From assembly GCF_009914755.1 (NCBI RefSeq), contig NC_060938.1: a stretch of DNA of 64,000 nt; one strand, written 5' to 3'. Below are positions 48,610 through 64,000 of this stretch, one piece after another. This DNA is from the human T2T-CHM13v2.0 reference genome, Homo sapiens. The notes below the pieces were generated by a model. That model saw nothing but the letters and a program-made list of their open reading frames with translations. It was not told the origin of the DNA and did no database searches. Numbering within the stretch: the stretch's first letter is position 1; every line of letters starts with the position of its first letter. The position numbers and the translations under genes were made by a program.

Positions 48610-50980
48610 TTAAACACATTCAATTCTATAAAATTCCTTCAAAGCACCTCTTTTGCTGCATCCAACAAATTTGGTAAGTTTTATTTTCTATTTCATTTAG
48701 TGCAAAATATCTTTAATTTATTTAAATTTCATTACACATGTGTTATTTAGAAGAGTGTCATTTAATCTATGAGTACTTTGGGATTTTCTAGCTATCTTTC
48801 TGTCATTGATTTCTAGTTTAATTCCATAATAGTCTGAAGGCATACTTTGTATGATTTTTATCCTTTCAAATTTGTTGAGGTGTGTTATATGGTTGTTCAT
48901 AGTGATGAATGTTGTTTGAACTTGAGAAGAATGCCTATTCTGTTGTTGTGGAGTACGCTATAGATGTCAATTAGATATAGCTGATTGATGGTGCTCAACT
49001 ATGTCCTCAATCATTTTCTGCCTACTTGATTTGTCAATTGCTGATAAGAGGATTGTGTCTCTGTAAGTCTATTCCTATATTTCTCACATATTTGCAGCTC
49101 TACCAGTTTTTGCTCATGTATTTTGCTGCTTTGTTCAGTGTATATACATTAAGAATTTTATGTCTTCTTGGAGAGGGTGGGCCCCCTTTATTATTATGTA
49201 ATGCCCCTCTTCTTCCATGATTTTCAGTGCTCTAAAGTCTGATTTGTCTGAGATTAATATAACTACTCAAACTTTTTGATTACTGTTAACATACTATATG
49301 TACTTTTCTCCCTTTCTTCAGTTCTGTCCACTCTGTTGATGACCTCATCAAAGTCACTGTTCTCTTGTTAGTTTTTTAATGCTAGAATTTCCTTTTAATT
49401 CTTCCATTTCTTTGCTTTTATTGCCCATTTGTTCTTGCACGTTGTATACTTTTTCCATCAGAGCTCTTAGCATATTAATCATATTTTAAATTCCCAGTGT
49501 GATCACTGCAACATCCCTGCCATGTCTGAATCTGATTCTGATGCTCATTTTCTCTTCAAACTGTGCTTTTTGTCTTTCGTTTTTGTTGACTGTTGGACGT
49601 GATGTACCGGGTAAAATGAACTCGAGTGAATAGGTCTTTAGTGATGTGGTGGTAATACATGCAGTGGGGAGCATTCTATAGGTCCTGTGATTAGGCTTCT
49701 TAATAAGCCTAGGTCCCCAGACTGGACATTCACAAGTGTTTTTCAGTCTTCCTCCACCTCTCCTCACCCCCATTTAGGTAAAACAGGAAGGTTGGAGGAG
49801 GCTGGAGTTGGTTATTCCCCTTCCTCCAGTTGTCTAGGCACTGGTAAAACCCAATGCAATTAGGTTCTAGCAAAAGAGTTTACTTTGGGGCCAGGCTTAC
49901 ATTAAATAAAACAGAATTCTCTGGGCTTATTTCAGAATAGTTACTCTCACCTACATCTGCTAGAAGCACAAGGGGATTTTTCTGATATTCACTATGAAAA
50001 CCAGGTGGGACTCTTAGAGGTAAAACTCACAAGTGTGCCTTCTCAAATCCACACAAGGCTTGGCCTCCTCTCAAGAGATTTTCTCTCAATTAGTCCATGA
50101 TCAGCCTCCAGGAAGTATTCAATTACCTTTAGATATTCCTACCCAATGCTGGCTCCAGTGGTGGTTTCTGGGCAGGTGCTCCTCCAGGTAAAATATGATT
50201 TTCTGGACCTGCCTTTGTCTCCAGTTTTCAGGGTGGTAGTTTGTCCTGTGACTTCAACTCAAAGTCAGAGTTTAGTTGTTCAGCTTTTTTCTTTGTTATG
50301 ATGGGAATTAAATTTTTCAAACTTTTTACATATCAAACTGGAAACCAGAAGTCCCTTATGCTTTTAAAGAAACTGCCAATTTTCCAGACGAGTTGTACCA
50401 TTTACATGATACCACCACCATGTGAGATTTCATTTCTCCACATCCTGGCCAGCATTTCATACTGTCACTAATTTTTTTTTTTTTTTAGGTATTCTAATAG
50501 ATGTCTAGTGATGTCAATGTAGTCTAAAATTGCATTTCCTTCATAGTGATGTCAAACATTCTTTTCAGAGCTAATTTGCTATCAGTGTGTCCTCTGTAGT
50601 GAAATGTTTCTATGTTTTTTGCCCATTTTCTAATTGGATATTTTTTAACTGAGTTTACAGAGTTCTTTACTCTAGGTATGAGTCTTTTGCCAGATATGTG
50701 GTTTACATGTGTTTTCTCTGTCTACATTTTTCATCCTTTTAACAGGGCCTTTGGCAAACAAAAGCTTGTAATATTGATGTGTCAATCTGTCAAGTTTTTC
50801 TTTTATCAATATTCTTTGGTAAGAGCTATTCGGTAAGTTGAAGCCTTTCTCCTGTGGTTTTTCCTAAAAGTTTTATACTTTTATGTTTTACATTTAAATC
50901 AATGATCCTTTTTTGAGTTACTTGTTTAATGAGTGAATAATAAGTGGAGACTTTTTTTCTCTGAAATCCAATTGCTCCCC
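48610..50980 (-). mobile_element. Old L1M fragments
   Basis: ORF 48718-48900 resembles the L1 endonuclease end (SDYYGIKLEIND); degenerate 5' and 3' L1 text. Confidence 0.65.
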
Positions 50981-51029
50981 CAGATAACTATCTTATGAAT
51001 CATGTCTATCACAAATTATCACTAGATAA

Positions 51030-52281
<1,252 letters not shown>

Positions 52282-52398
52282 TCAAGTTGTCTTAGTCTTA
52301 AGGCTTTCTGGATTTCTTCCTTGGAGGAGGTCAGGATCTTCCCAAGGCCTGGGTCCTCGAATATTCTTCCAGTCATCAAACTTGGAGTCTTTGATTTT
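52282..52398 (-). CDS. COX16: COX16 last coding exon ([38 protein letters not shown])
   Basis: Acceptor ttttttgtggttctatAG at 52399-52400, phase 0, 117 nt; conserved W..IRGPRPWE motif; matches the recalled human COX16 C-terminus. Confidence 0.96.
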
Positions 52399-54016
52399 CT
52401 ATAGAACCACAAAAAATTAAAGTATAAATATTAGTATAAGAGCCTGTGGCTTTGATTAGGACACAACTAACTCAATGAATAAATGAGTAGAAAGTATCCG
52501 ATAGGTCCTCGATTACAACTGTAGCAAATAAATCAACTACAATCATTGATGAAATGTCATCTTAAGATTTAGAACTTTTCATTTGTTACTGATGTTAATG
52601 CCTATCTTACGCCACCTTAACCGTAAAACTATTAAAATAGAGAAAGAGTCTACATGCCTTATTTTTGAGAGGACAAGGAAAAGGCTGAAGCTGGGAAAAC
52701 AAAAGTACAAATCTGAAGGCTGATCCAGCACAGTGACTGAAAGGGTTATCAGGGATGATGGTAGAAAATAAGAAGAAAAGAACAAAGGGTGGAGACCCTA
52801 AAGTCTTCTACAAAAAAGAAAAGAGACCAAGATCATTTGTCTTACGCCTGGGCTTAGGAATGAAAAGACTTTCCTACAGCTATCTATCATAAGCAAAACA
52901 CTTTTGGGCAACTGAAACTAACTGCAACTACATTATGGATCATCCTACCTTCATTTAGTCTGAAGTACCTCTCAAGCACAAAAATAGTTGGAATAAAAGG
53001 GAAGAAATAAATGTTTCTTCACCTTTCTCCTACTGACCACCACTCTGACATTAACTTTTACATATCTGCTGTTTTGGTTGTTCTGAAATAATTGAGTAAG
53101 ATGGAAAAAAAAAGCTGTGAAAACACAGGATAGCTTATATCCAGAGACAGGGAAAATGGAATAAATTTACCTTGACACTTGGATACTAAGCATTACTCTC
53201 TTACTAACTAGCTATATAACCTTTGGAAAGTGATTTAAGCCACCTGGGCATTAACTCTCTCATAAGTAACAATGAAAAGGTTGGACCAAATACTCTACAT
53301 TTGAGAGTCTTCAGCTCTCAAATTCTACAGGTCCTAGAAGAACTAGAAGGAAAATCTACTCCCAGACAAACTCTTCATAGCATCATTACTGGTATAGCAC
53401 TTGTAGAACTACAAGTTAGCAAGTTACAGGATTTTTTTTTTTAATCAATGGGAAAGTAGTAAATGAAAATACTGTTCACTTATAGTTTTACCAGGAGTCT
53501 GTATTACATATATACATGAAGGAACAAAATTCAACTAATTTAGCATACAAGAAGAATTTAGATTATTTCATAAGTATAGTTATGAAATGATCTAAAGTTA
53601 TTAAAAGATTTTAATAAAGAATAATGGCCATTATCCAGGTAACGTAAGATATGTATGCTTAACAGAACTGAAGAAAATTCTTAAATAACAAGTTCATGTA
53701 AAAGTAGTCTAGCCTTTACAGATCTTTGGTGAAGGAGATTCCTTGTAGAATTCTACAAAACGTGCACAGTGGCTGAAGAATGGGCTATGTAAATGTGCTG
53801 AGAAAAACCACCCAAGACATAACACTTCACAGCCAACTGGTATAGGCCTGAGTGTGGAACAGCGTCAAGAAATGCTGAGAAAAAACAGTGTCAAGAATAT
53901 GGAGTTTCCAGGCCTGCCAGAGTGGAGACCTTTCTTTTAACATTTTGTTGCTACCCTGACATCCACCTAAGACACCAAAAGGACTGTTCTTCAGGAGTAA
54001 AAATTATGCCTGAGAA

Positions 54017-54021
<5 letters not shown>

Positions 54022-54059
<38 letters not shown>

Positions 54060-54104
54060 AGACGGAGTCTCGTTCTGTCGCCCAGGCTGGAGTGCAGTGG
54101 CGCG
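54022..54104 (-). mobile_element. Extremely 5'-truncated young Alu in a COX16 intron
   Basis: 37 pure T plus about 46 nt of Alu 3' end; TSD ataagatttt. Confidence 0.9.
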
Positions 54105-55135
54105 ATAAGATTTTCTTTAGACTCACCCCAACAAAGCTTAAAGCCAAGCCTTGACAAGATTCTCTGGGGAGATAGTCTGGAGATTGAGTCCCAACAAGGG
54201 AGAAGGGCCAAGGAAAGATAGTAGCCCTTCAACAGATACTTCCCTACAAAGCACAAAATGAAGTTTAAGGTGATTAGCTAACAATTAAATTGTCAAAATA
54301 AAAATCAACACTCTTCAGAATTTTCTTCAGTGTATTATTCACAATGACTACCTTTCAATACAAAATGACCAGACATATACAAAGAAACAGGAAAATATAA
54401 TCCAGTCAAAAAAATGACAAACTCAAAGACATGAAGAACATCCTCACCACATCCCATAATATAGCGTGCTGTTAAACTCCTTGATTTTTGCTAATTAGAT
54501 GGGTGAAAAGTGATACCTCGTTAGACTTTGACATTCCTATTATGATAAATTGAGCATCTCTTCATATGTTTAAGAATGATACTTATTTCCTTTTGTCCAA
54601 AAGTTTTACATGCTATGCTTTCCCATGTTCTTACTGAACAAATGAATTGTTGAACTTTTTCACATTGATTTGAAGATGGTCTTCATATTTAAGTAAATTA
54701 ATGTGCCATGATAAGATTAAACTATATCTGTAGGATTTCTCATGTAATCTGTGACTTTATATACTTTTTTCATTCTTAACTTTTGAATTTGTATGTATGA
54801 ACCCATTGATCTTTACTTTTAGAGCTTCTGGGTTTTATATCACATTTAAATAGGCTTTTTTGACTCAAGACAACAAACAAAATTCTCCATTTATATTCTC
54901 CTAGTACTTTTAGCATTTTGTTTTTTACTTTCAAATTCTTGATCCATCTGGAATTTATTTATTTGTAGTATATTAAGTATGGATCCATCTTTTTATTTTC
55001 TTTTCAAATGAATATACAGTTTATCAAATACCATATATATTCAACGTAATTTTTTTCTGTACTACTAATACTTTTAAGGCAGATAAAACCAGTAACTGAT
55101 TGTTATAAGACAGAGACTATATTAACATACCGTAC

Positions 55136-55198
55136 CTCATATTCCGACTCTAAAGATATTTTATTCTCTTTCAGTTTTTTTTCAAGCTCAGGATCCAT
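55136..55198 (-). CDS. COX16: COX16 penultimate coding exon ([21 protein letters not shown])
   Basis: Acceptor ttttttccttttctacAG and donor GAG|gtacgg; 63 nt, phase 0/0; splices in frame to 52398. Confidence 0.96.
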
Positions 55199-55779
55199 CT
55201 GTAGAAAAGGAAAAAAAGTAATAAGTTATCTAAGTCTGTTTGTTAGACTCAATTTTCAATTTTAAGTTATAGAAGAGATGGCTGAAATACTATAGCCAAA
55301 TACAAACACATGGCAAAATCTCCACCATCTACTCTGATCACATAATGATAACTAATGTACTACTGCCAGCATTATTCAACTAAAAAGAGTTAATATCTAC
55401 TGATTACTTGTTATGTGAGAGGCATTTTGACATATATTATCTTGTTTCATCCTCACAAAATCCATGAGATCTGTATTATATGTAAGGAATATGGGACACG
55501 GGGTTTGAATAACATGTCAAAGAAGCAGAGCTTGGCTTTAAGTATTAGTTCTCTGCCTCCAGAGTTCACACTATTAACCACCAATCTAAATTATATTATG
55601 GAGAAATAACAAAAATACTAATATAATGCTGCACTTGAAAACAAAAAGGAATACCTTCCATGGGCCAGAAGTAGATATCTACCAAAAAAAAAAAAAAAAA
55701 AATCCATAGAGGTAAAAAGGAGCTAATGCTATATTAACTGTATAAAAAGCCTTTCTGTATGTGGCAAAGCCTTCAGGAA

Positions 55780-57705
<1,926 letters not shown>

Positions 57706-58225
57706 TCTGTCACCAAGATGGCAGAATAGAAGGTAACCTGCTCATATCCCCCCATAGCAACAAGAATCCTGCACCTATCCACAGTAAAAAGTCTTGCTGC
57801 AGGAACCTCAGAATTCAGGTAGGAGGTTGTCAAACCCTGATGGAGCCAAAGACCTAGGAAGGTCGTTTTGAATGCATTCACACCTAGGTGGATGATCCAC
57901 TGAGCTTGCTTCTAAGTTCAAGCCTGGAAACAGCCCAGTCCTTCAACGGGCTTAGCTATAGCCCCATTTGGCCTTCAGTCTACAACCAAAACCAGCTGCC
58001 AAGAGGTCCAGAAGGAATCATACATGCTAGTGACTTAACAGAAAGGCTTGTCTGCCTGATGATATTGGTCTTGACAGTGAGCCTGAAAGTGACCCTGTGG
58101 CTCTGCTCCAGCCTTCAGCTGCAGGTCCCAGCTCAGAGCTGTTTACACAAGGACCCAAAGGGAGACTCAACATATCTGGCAGCCCAGGAGTATAGGCCTC
58201 CCCTGTGGGCTTGCCAACCTCCTGT

Positions 58226-58780
58226 CACAGCAGATCCTGAGGGGGCCCAGCGTCAGCTGCAGCCCCTCTTGCTGTAGTTGAGAAACGATCCTGTCTGCGC
58301 AGGATCCTCCAGGGAGACAAGTGCCCCACTTGAGCCAACAAGATCCAGCTCTCTAGCCTCCAGGCCACAGCAGATCCCAGGGGGGCCCAGTCTCAGTTCT
58401 AGCCTCTCCTGCCACAGTTGGGGAACTATCCTGTCTGTCTAGGGACCTGCTGGGAAATGCACACCCACCTGAGCCAATGTGACAGGCATGCCATCCTCTC
58501 TTCTACAGTAGATCCCGAGGCAGCTCAGTCTCAGCTTCAGCCCCTCCTGTGGAAGTTGAGGAACTACCCCACTGATGCAGTGACCTGCCAAGTGACACAT
58601 GCTCATCCGTGGCAATGAGAGGGGATCATCAGCCTCCCCACAGCAGATCCAGAAGGGGTCCAGTCTCAACTCCAGTCCCTTTTGCTACAGTCAAGAACCC
58701 ATCCTGCCTATGCAGAGAACTGTTGGGAGGCATGCTTGTCTGGTACGCTGAGACAGTCTTCTGGACTCAAGTACCTGGTC
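58226..58780 (+). repeat. Four diverged ~138-bp tandem monomers in the L1 5'UTR
   Basis: 'cacagcagatcc..agggggcccagtctcagct.cagcccct' recurs at 58226, 58366, 58504 and 58639. Confidence 0.8.
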
Positions 58781-60127
58781 AGCATTCCCACACAGCCCCA
58801 GTACCTACCTTGGATCTTCCACAGATCCATTTGGGCCAAAAAGCCATGCCAACCTTGGAGCCTTCATAAGACTCATGGCAAGCCTGGGCTTTGGGCACTC
58901 TCTAGGGCTGAGGCAGCTCAGGTGGACACAGGCTCAGGGAAGACAACAGTCAGTGTGCTTAGAATCCCTGGAACACCCTCTGAAGAAGGACAGGCACAAA
59001 CAAAACCAGACTTGCACAGACTAAGATAAATACAGAGGCTCTCAATGTGCACAAACTGTCACATTTCCTTGAGTATCAGAAACATTTAGGAAAATATGAC
59101 CTCATCAAATGGACAAAATAAGGCACTGGAAACCAACCCTAAAATGATGGAGATGTGTAATTTTTCAGACAAAGAACTGAAAATGGCTGTTTCAAGGAAG
59201 TTAAATAAACTTCAAGAAAAGACAGAGAGCCATTTAGAAATTTATCAGAGAAATTGAACAGAGAGGTTGAAATAATTTTTTAAAAATCAAACAGAAATCC
59301 TGGAGCTGAAAAATACAATGAATGAAACAAAAAATGCACTACAAAGCATCAACAGAAGAATTCAGCAAACAGATGAAAGATCAGTGAGCTCAAAGAGAAA
59401 CGATTTGAAAATACACAGTAAGAAGAGAAAAAAGGAAAAAGAATGAAAGTAATAAACAGCTCACAGGATCTATGGAACAACATAAAAACAGCAAATATTC
59501 AGGTTATTGGAGTTAAAGTGGGAACTAAGAAAGACAAAGGAGCAGAAAGCTTATTCAAAGAAATAATAACAGAAAACTTTCTAAACCTGGAGAAATATAT
59601 AAGTATCTGGGAAAAGCAAGGTAAAATGTCACCAATCAGATTCAACCCAAATAATACCCCAAGACATATTATAATCAAACTCTCAAACACCAAAGTCAAA
59701 GATAAGAGGCTAAGAGCAATAAGAGAAGTGAAGCAAATGATAGAAGGGGCATCCATATGCCTGGCAGCAGACTTCTTAGTAGAAACTATAAAGGCCAGAA
59801 GAGAGTGGGACAATATATTTAGAGTGCTGAGGAAAACAAACAAAAATACTGTAACAACCAAAAATACTGTATCCAGCAAAGTTATCCTTCAGAAATGGAG
59901 AGATGAAAGACTGCCAAACAAAAGCAGAGGGAATTTATTGTTACTAGACCTGTCCCAAAAGAAATGCTAAAGAGAGTTCTTCATACTAAAAGATAAGAAT
60001 ACTGCATGATATACTAATACTGCAATCATGATGTTTAAATCACTTTTATCTTTAGTAAGACAAAACTATTAAAAATAGTAACTGCAACAATTTGCTAAGA
60101 GATTGGCAATACAAAAATGTAAATTGT

Positions 60128-60413
60128 GGCCAGGCGCAGTGGCTCACATCTGTAATCCCAGCATCCTGGGAGGCCGAGGTGGATGGATCACTTGAGGTCA
60201 GGAGTTCAAGACCAGCCTGGTCAACATGGCAAAACCCCGTCTCTACTAAAATTACAAAAATTCATCGGTTGTGGTGGTGCGCACCTGTAGTCCCAGCTAC
60301 TTGGGAGTCTTAGGCAGAAGAATCGCTTGGAAGGCAGAGGTGGCAGTGAGCCGAGATTGCACCACTGCACTCCAGCATAGGCAATAAAGCAAGACTCCAT
60401 CTCAAAAATAAAT
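60128..60413 (+). mobile_element. Alu (AluSx/Sz-like) in the L1 inter-ORF region
   Basis: TSD taaattgt. Confidence 0.9.
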
Positions 60414-61550
60414 AAATTGTAACATCAAAAATTCAACATGTTGGGGGAAAGAGAGTTAATGTGTATAGGTTTTTATTTTGGTTTTTCCTTTTTCTGTAAT
60501 CAAAGTTAAGTTGGTATCCATTTCAAATAAGTTGTTATATCTATAGGATGTTTTCTGTAAGCCTTGAGGTAACTGCAAAGCAAAAATCCGTAACAGATAC
60601 ACTAAAAATAAAAAGCAACAAGTTAAAATATACTACCAGATAAAAATCAGTTAATCACATAAAAAGGAATGAAAAAAGGATGCGAGGAGTTACACAACTA
60701 GAAAACAAGCAACAAAATGGCAGTAGTAAGGCCTTACCTATCAATAATAACAGTGAATGTAAATGGACTACACTCTCCAGTTAGAAAACAGAGTGGCTCA
60801 CTGAATTAAAATATAACACCCAAGTATATGCTGCCTATAGGAAACTCACCTCATCTATAAAGATACACATAAACTGCAAGTGAAGGAATAGAAAAAGATA
60901 TTCCATGGAAATGAAAACCAAAAAAAGAACAGAAGTAGCTATACTTATATCAGATAAAATAGACTTAAGTCAAAAACTAAAAAGAGACAACGAAGGAAAT
61001 TATATAATGATAAAAGAGTCAATTCAGCAAGAGAATATAACAACAGTAAATATATATGCACCCAACAGCTGAGCACCCAGATATACAAAGCAAATATTAA
61101 CAAATCTAAAGGGAGACAGACTGCAATACATAATATTGGGGGATTTCAACAACCTACTTTTGGCAATGGACAGATCATCTAGGTACAAAATCAACAAAGA
61201 CACATTAAAGTTAAACTCTACCCTAGACCAAATGGACCTAAGACAAATTTACAGAATGTGTCATCAGACTGCTGCAGAATACACTTTTTCTCATCAGCAC
61301 ATGGAATATTCTCCAGGATAGACCATATGTTAGGCCACAAAGTCTCAACAAATTCAAAAAAGTATCAATCATATCAAGTGTCTACTCTGACCAAAACAGA
61401 ATAAAAATAGCAATCAATAACAAGAGGAGCTTTGGAAGCTGTACAAATACATGGAAATTATACACAACGCTCCTGAATGACCAAAGAGTTAAAAAAAAAA
61501 AAAAAGGACCAAATTTTTAAAATTTATGGAAACAAATAAAAATGGAAACA

Positions 61551-61680
61551 TGAACATAGCTATGTTCATTTGTTTACCTTTGTCTATGACTGCCTTTTGT
61601 ACTACAACAGCAAACTTGAGTAAATGCAGAAGTTCAAATTTACTATCTGGCTCTTTACAGGAAAAGCTTGCTGATCCCTG
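61551..61680. mobile_element. MER58-like hAT-Charlie MITE, partial
   Basis: 'atttactatctggctctttacaggaaaagcttgctgatccctg' terminus; the other end is absent. Confidence 0.7.
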
Positions 61681-61861
61681 ACTTAGATTTGAAGCACAAA
61701 TGAATTTCAAATATATAATATTGAATAAAAGAAGTCAGCACAAAAGAATATATATAATTCCACTGATATAAAATTCAAAACAAAGAAAATTAATCAAAGG
61801 TTTTGGGATGTATTCTAAAATGGTAAAACCAAGGAAGTAATTACTATAAAAAGCACAGTAG

Positions 61862-62186
<325 letters not shown>

Positions 62187-63329
62187 CTAGGGCCAAGAGG
62201 AAGACATGGAGCGGCAGGAGGAGAGATTAGGAAGCAGCACACAGAATGGGTCTGGAATGCTTAACAATTTTTACTTTTTGACACAGATGGTGGTTACTTG
62301 GGTTTTCAGTTTATGATAATTTATTAAATTGTACATGTATGTTCAATATACTCCTTGGTTTCTGTATTGTGTTTCACAACAAAACAACTTAGATAAATAA
62401 AAATAAAATAATGAATTACTATATTAATAATTGCATGTATGTAAAAGGGATAAAACACAAACCTACAATACAAGTTAACTTCCTCATATGCTTTCAACTA
62501 AGAAAACAGCAAATGACCTACTGTTGGTGGGCACGAGGAACTGACTGTATTATTGAGAGATATATCTGTACTTTGTGTGATTTAAAAGAAATTTTTAGTG
62601 CTAATTTTGATTGTGTGAAATTTCTGCCTTACCAGCATACATTAAAATCAAACCTCTACCTAAGATGCTACTCTATTGTATAATGCTTTGATAAACTTTC
62701 TTCCTGTATCTTTATTTTCTGTACAAAATTTATCCAATAATCTAAAATTTATCCAATAATGTCAAAGTAATTTGCAAAACAAAATAATCAACCAAAAAAT
62801 GCTATTACTGCAGTCTCTTGGAGTTTAAGAGATAAAGACCCACTAAAGGAAGGGTTCCAAAAGAGCTTAGAGTTGAAAGCCCATTTTTTCCCTGGAAACC
62901 CTTGACACACCTGGTAAACCCATAGGATAAGAACAAAGGTTTGAAACCAGGCAGATGGCTGCTACTGGAGGTCACAGAAACCACCACACAGGGCTATAAT
63001 GACAAAAAGTAGAGATCAAAACATGCAACAGTTTTGAAATTCTAGAACTGCATAAGATAGAAGTATACCACTAGGTTGAAAATTCTCTGAAAAGTAGAGC
63101 AGAATTTCCTGGAGTATCAATTTAAAGCCATGTAGGTCCATGGACATTATTTATAAACAACTATAGAGGTTCCAGATGATATTGTTTTCCTCCAGGAAAG
63201 GCTTATCCTTTTTTCTGCAATACAGACAGATTGGGGGCTAGGAATAGTGAAGAAACAGAGAGGATAGCCTAAGTCTTAATTAACTGAAGTCAAGCCAGGA
63301 CCTGGCTCACTCCTGGATGATAGTAAGAT

Positions 63330-63930
63330 GGAGCAGCCCTCAATCTATCTGCATTGCAGAAAAAAGGATAAGCCTTTTATGGAAGAAAACAATACCATCT
63401 GGAACCTCTATAATTGTTTATAAATAATGTCTAGTATTTAATTTAAAAATTATGAGGCATGTTTAAAGATAGAATCATATAACTGAAAAAACAAGAGAAA
63501 AATAAAGCAGATCTATAGTGATCCTTATGTTGGAGACAGGCCTTTTAAGTAACAATAATTTGTATATGTTCAAGATATCAAAGGAAAAAATAGATTAAAA
63601 TATGGCATCATAGAAGATTTCTCCAGACTACTAGAATGTGTAATAAAGAATTAAATGCATTTTAAAACTAAAAAATATAGTAACTGAAATCACTAAATCA
63701 AGGGATGGCTTCATGTGGAGATTGAACACAGCAAAAAAGAGGTTTAGTGACTAGAAGATAACACAATAGAAAATATACAAAATAAAGTACAAAAAAAAAA
63801 TGAGGGGAAAACAAAACATTGAAAAATCATAATAGAAATGTTGGGCATGAAGAATATAACACACATCTGATTGGTATCCCATAAAGAAAACTCGGCAAAA
63901 GCAACAACTGACAAGATAATGAACAATTTT
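63330..63930 (+). mobile_element. Old L1M 5'/ORF1 fragment
   Basis: A-rich degenerate ORF1 text ('aaaatatagtaactgaaat...gattgaacacagca...tagtgactagaagata'). Confidence 0.55.
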
Positions 63931-64000
63931 TGGTTTTACATTTTCTGTGGTTTCATTAAAATCTTCAAAGAAATCAGAAGATAATTTGGCTTTTTGGGTC

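Larger units (their letters stand above)
57710..61550 (+). mobile_element. 5' portion of an older L1 (L1MA/L1PB-type): 5'UTR, ORF1 and endonuclease; 3' part missing
   Basis: YY1-type start CAAGATGGC (57714); ORF1 remnant 59443-59970 (QDLWNNIK...PRHIIIKL...LAADFLVETIKARREW); endonuclease remnant from about 60717 (GDFNNLLLAMDRSSR). Confidence 0.85.

Noticed and set aside
62725-62760. Short direct repeat aaaatttatccaataat twice
   Set aside because: Small AT-rich intronic duplication; unremarkable.

Overview
This is primate DNA, almost certainly human, and is dominated by transposable elements. The only host gene I can support is COX16 (cytochrome c oxidase assembly factor) on the minus strand. 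Its last two coding exons lie at 55136-55198 ([21 protein letters not shown]) and 52282-52398 ([38 protein letters not shown]), followed by an Alu-containing 3'UTR running to about 51030. From recall this is the 14q24 SYNJ2BP-COX16 region; the upstream exons are beyond the right edge. Downstream of COX16 is a 22.6-kb nested complex: a MER4-type provirus (18274-40916, AGCA target-site duplication, TSD) that hosts an env-retaining HERV-H provirus (19445-27889), an LTR8-type solo LTR, a full-length L1PA (which itself carries an AluY-like insert), a THE1 LTR and two Alus. The strongest signal is that the HERV-H shows repeated Trp (TGG)->TAG/TAA and Gly->Arg/Ser/Lys changes across gag, pol and env, the GG->AG footprint of APOBEC3G editing. 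Other oddities are a non-repeat CpG/ETS micro-island at about 15.1-15.4 kb, a tiny poly(A)-tailed retrocopy of a MER41-like LTR transcript, and loss of the poly(A) signal from only the HERV-H 5' LTR. I cannot support a wholly new biological system. Most short ORFs in the track are translations of Alu, L1 or LTR sequence. Repeat subfamily names come from recalled consensus motifs, not from an alignment.
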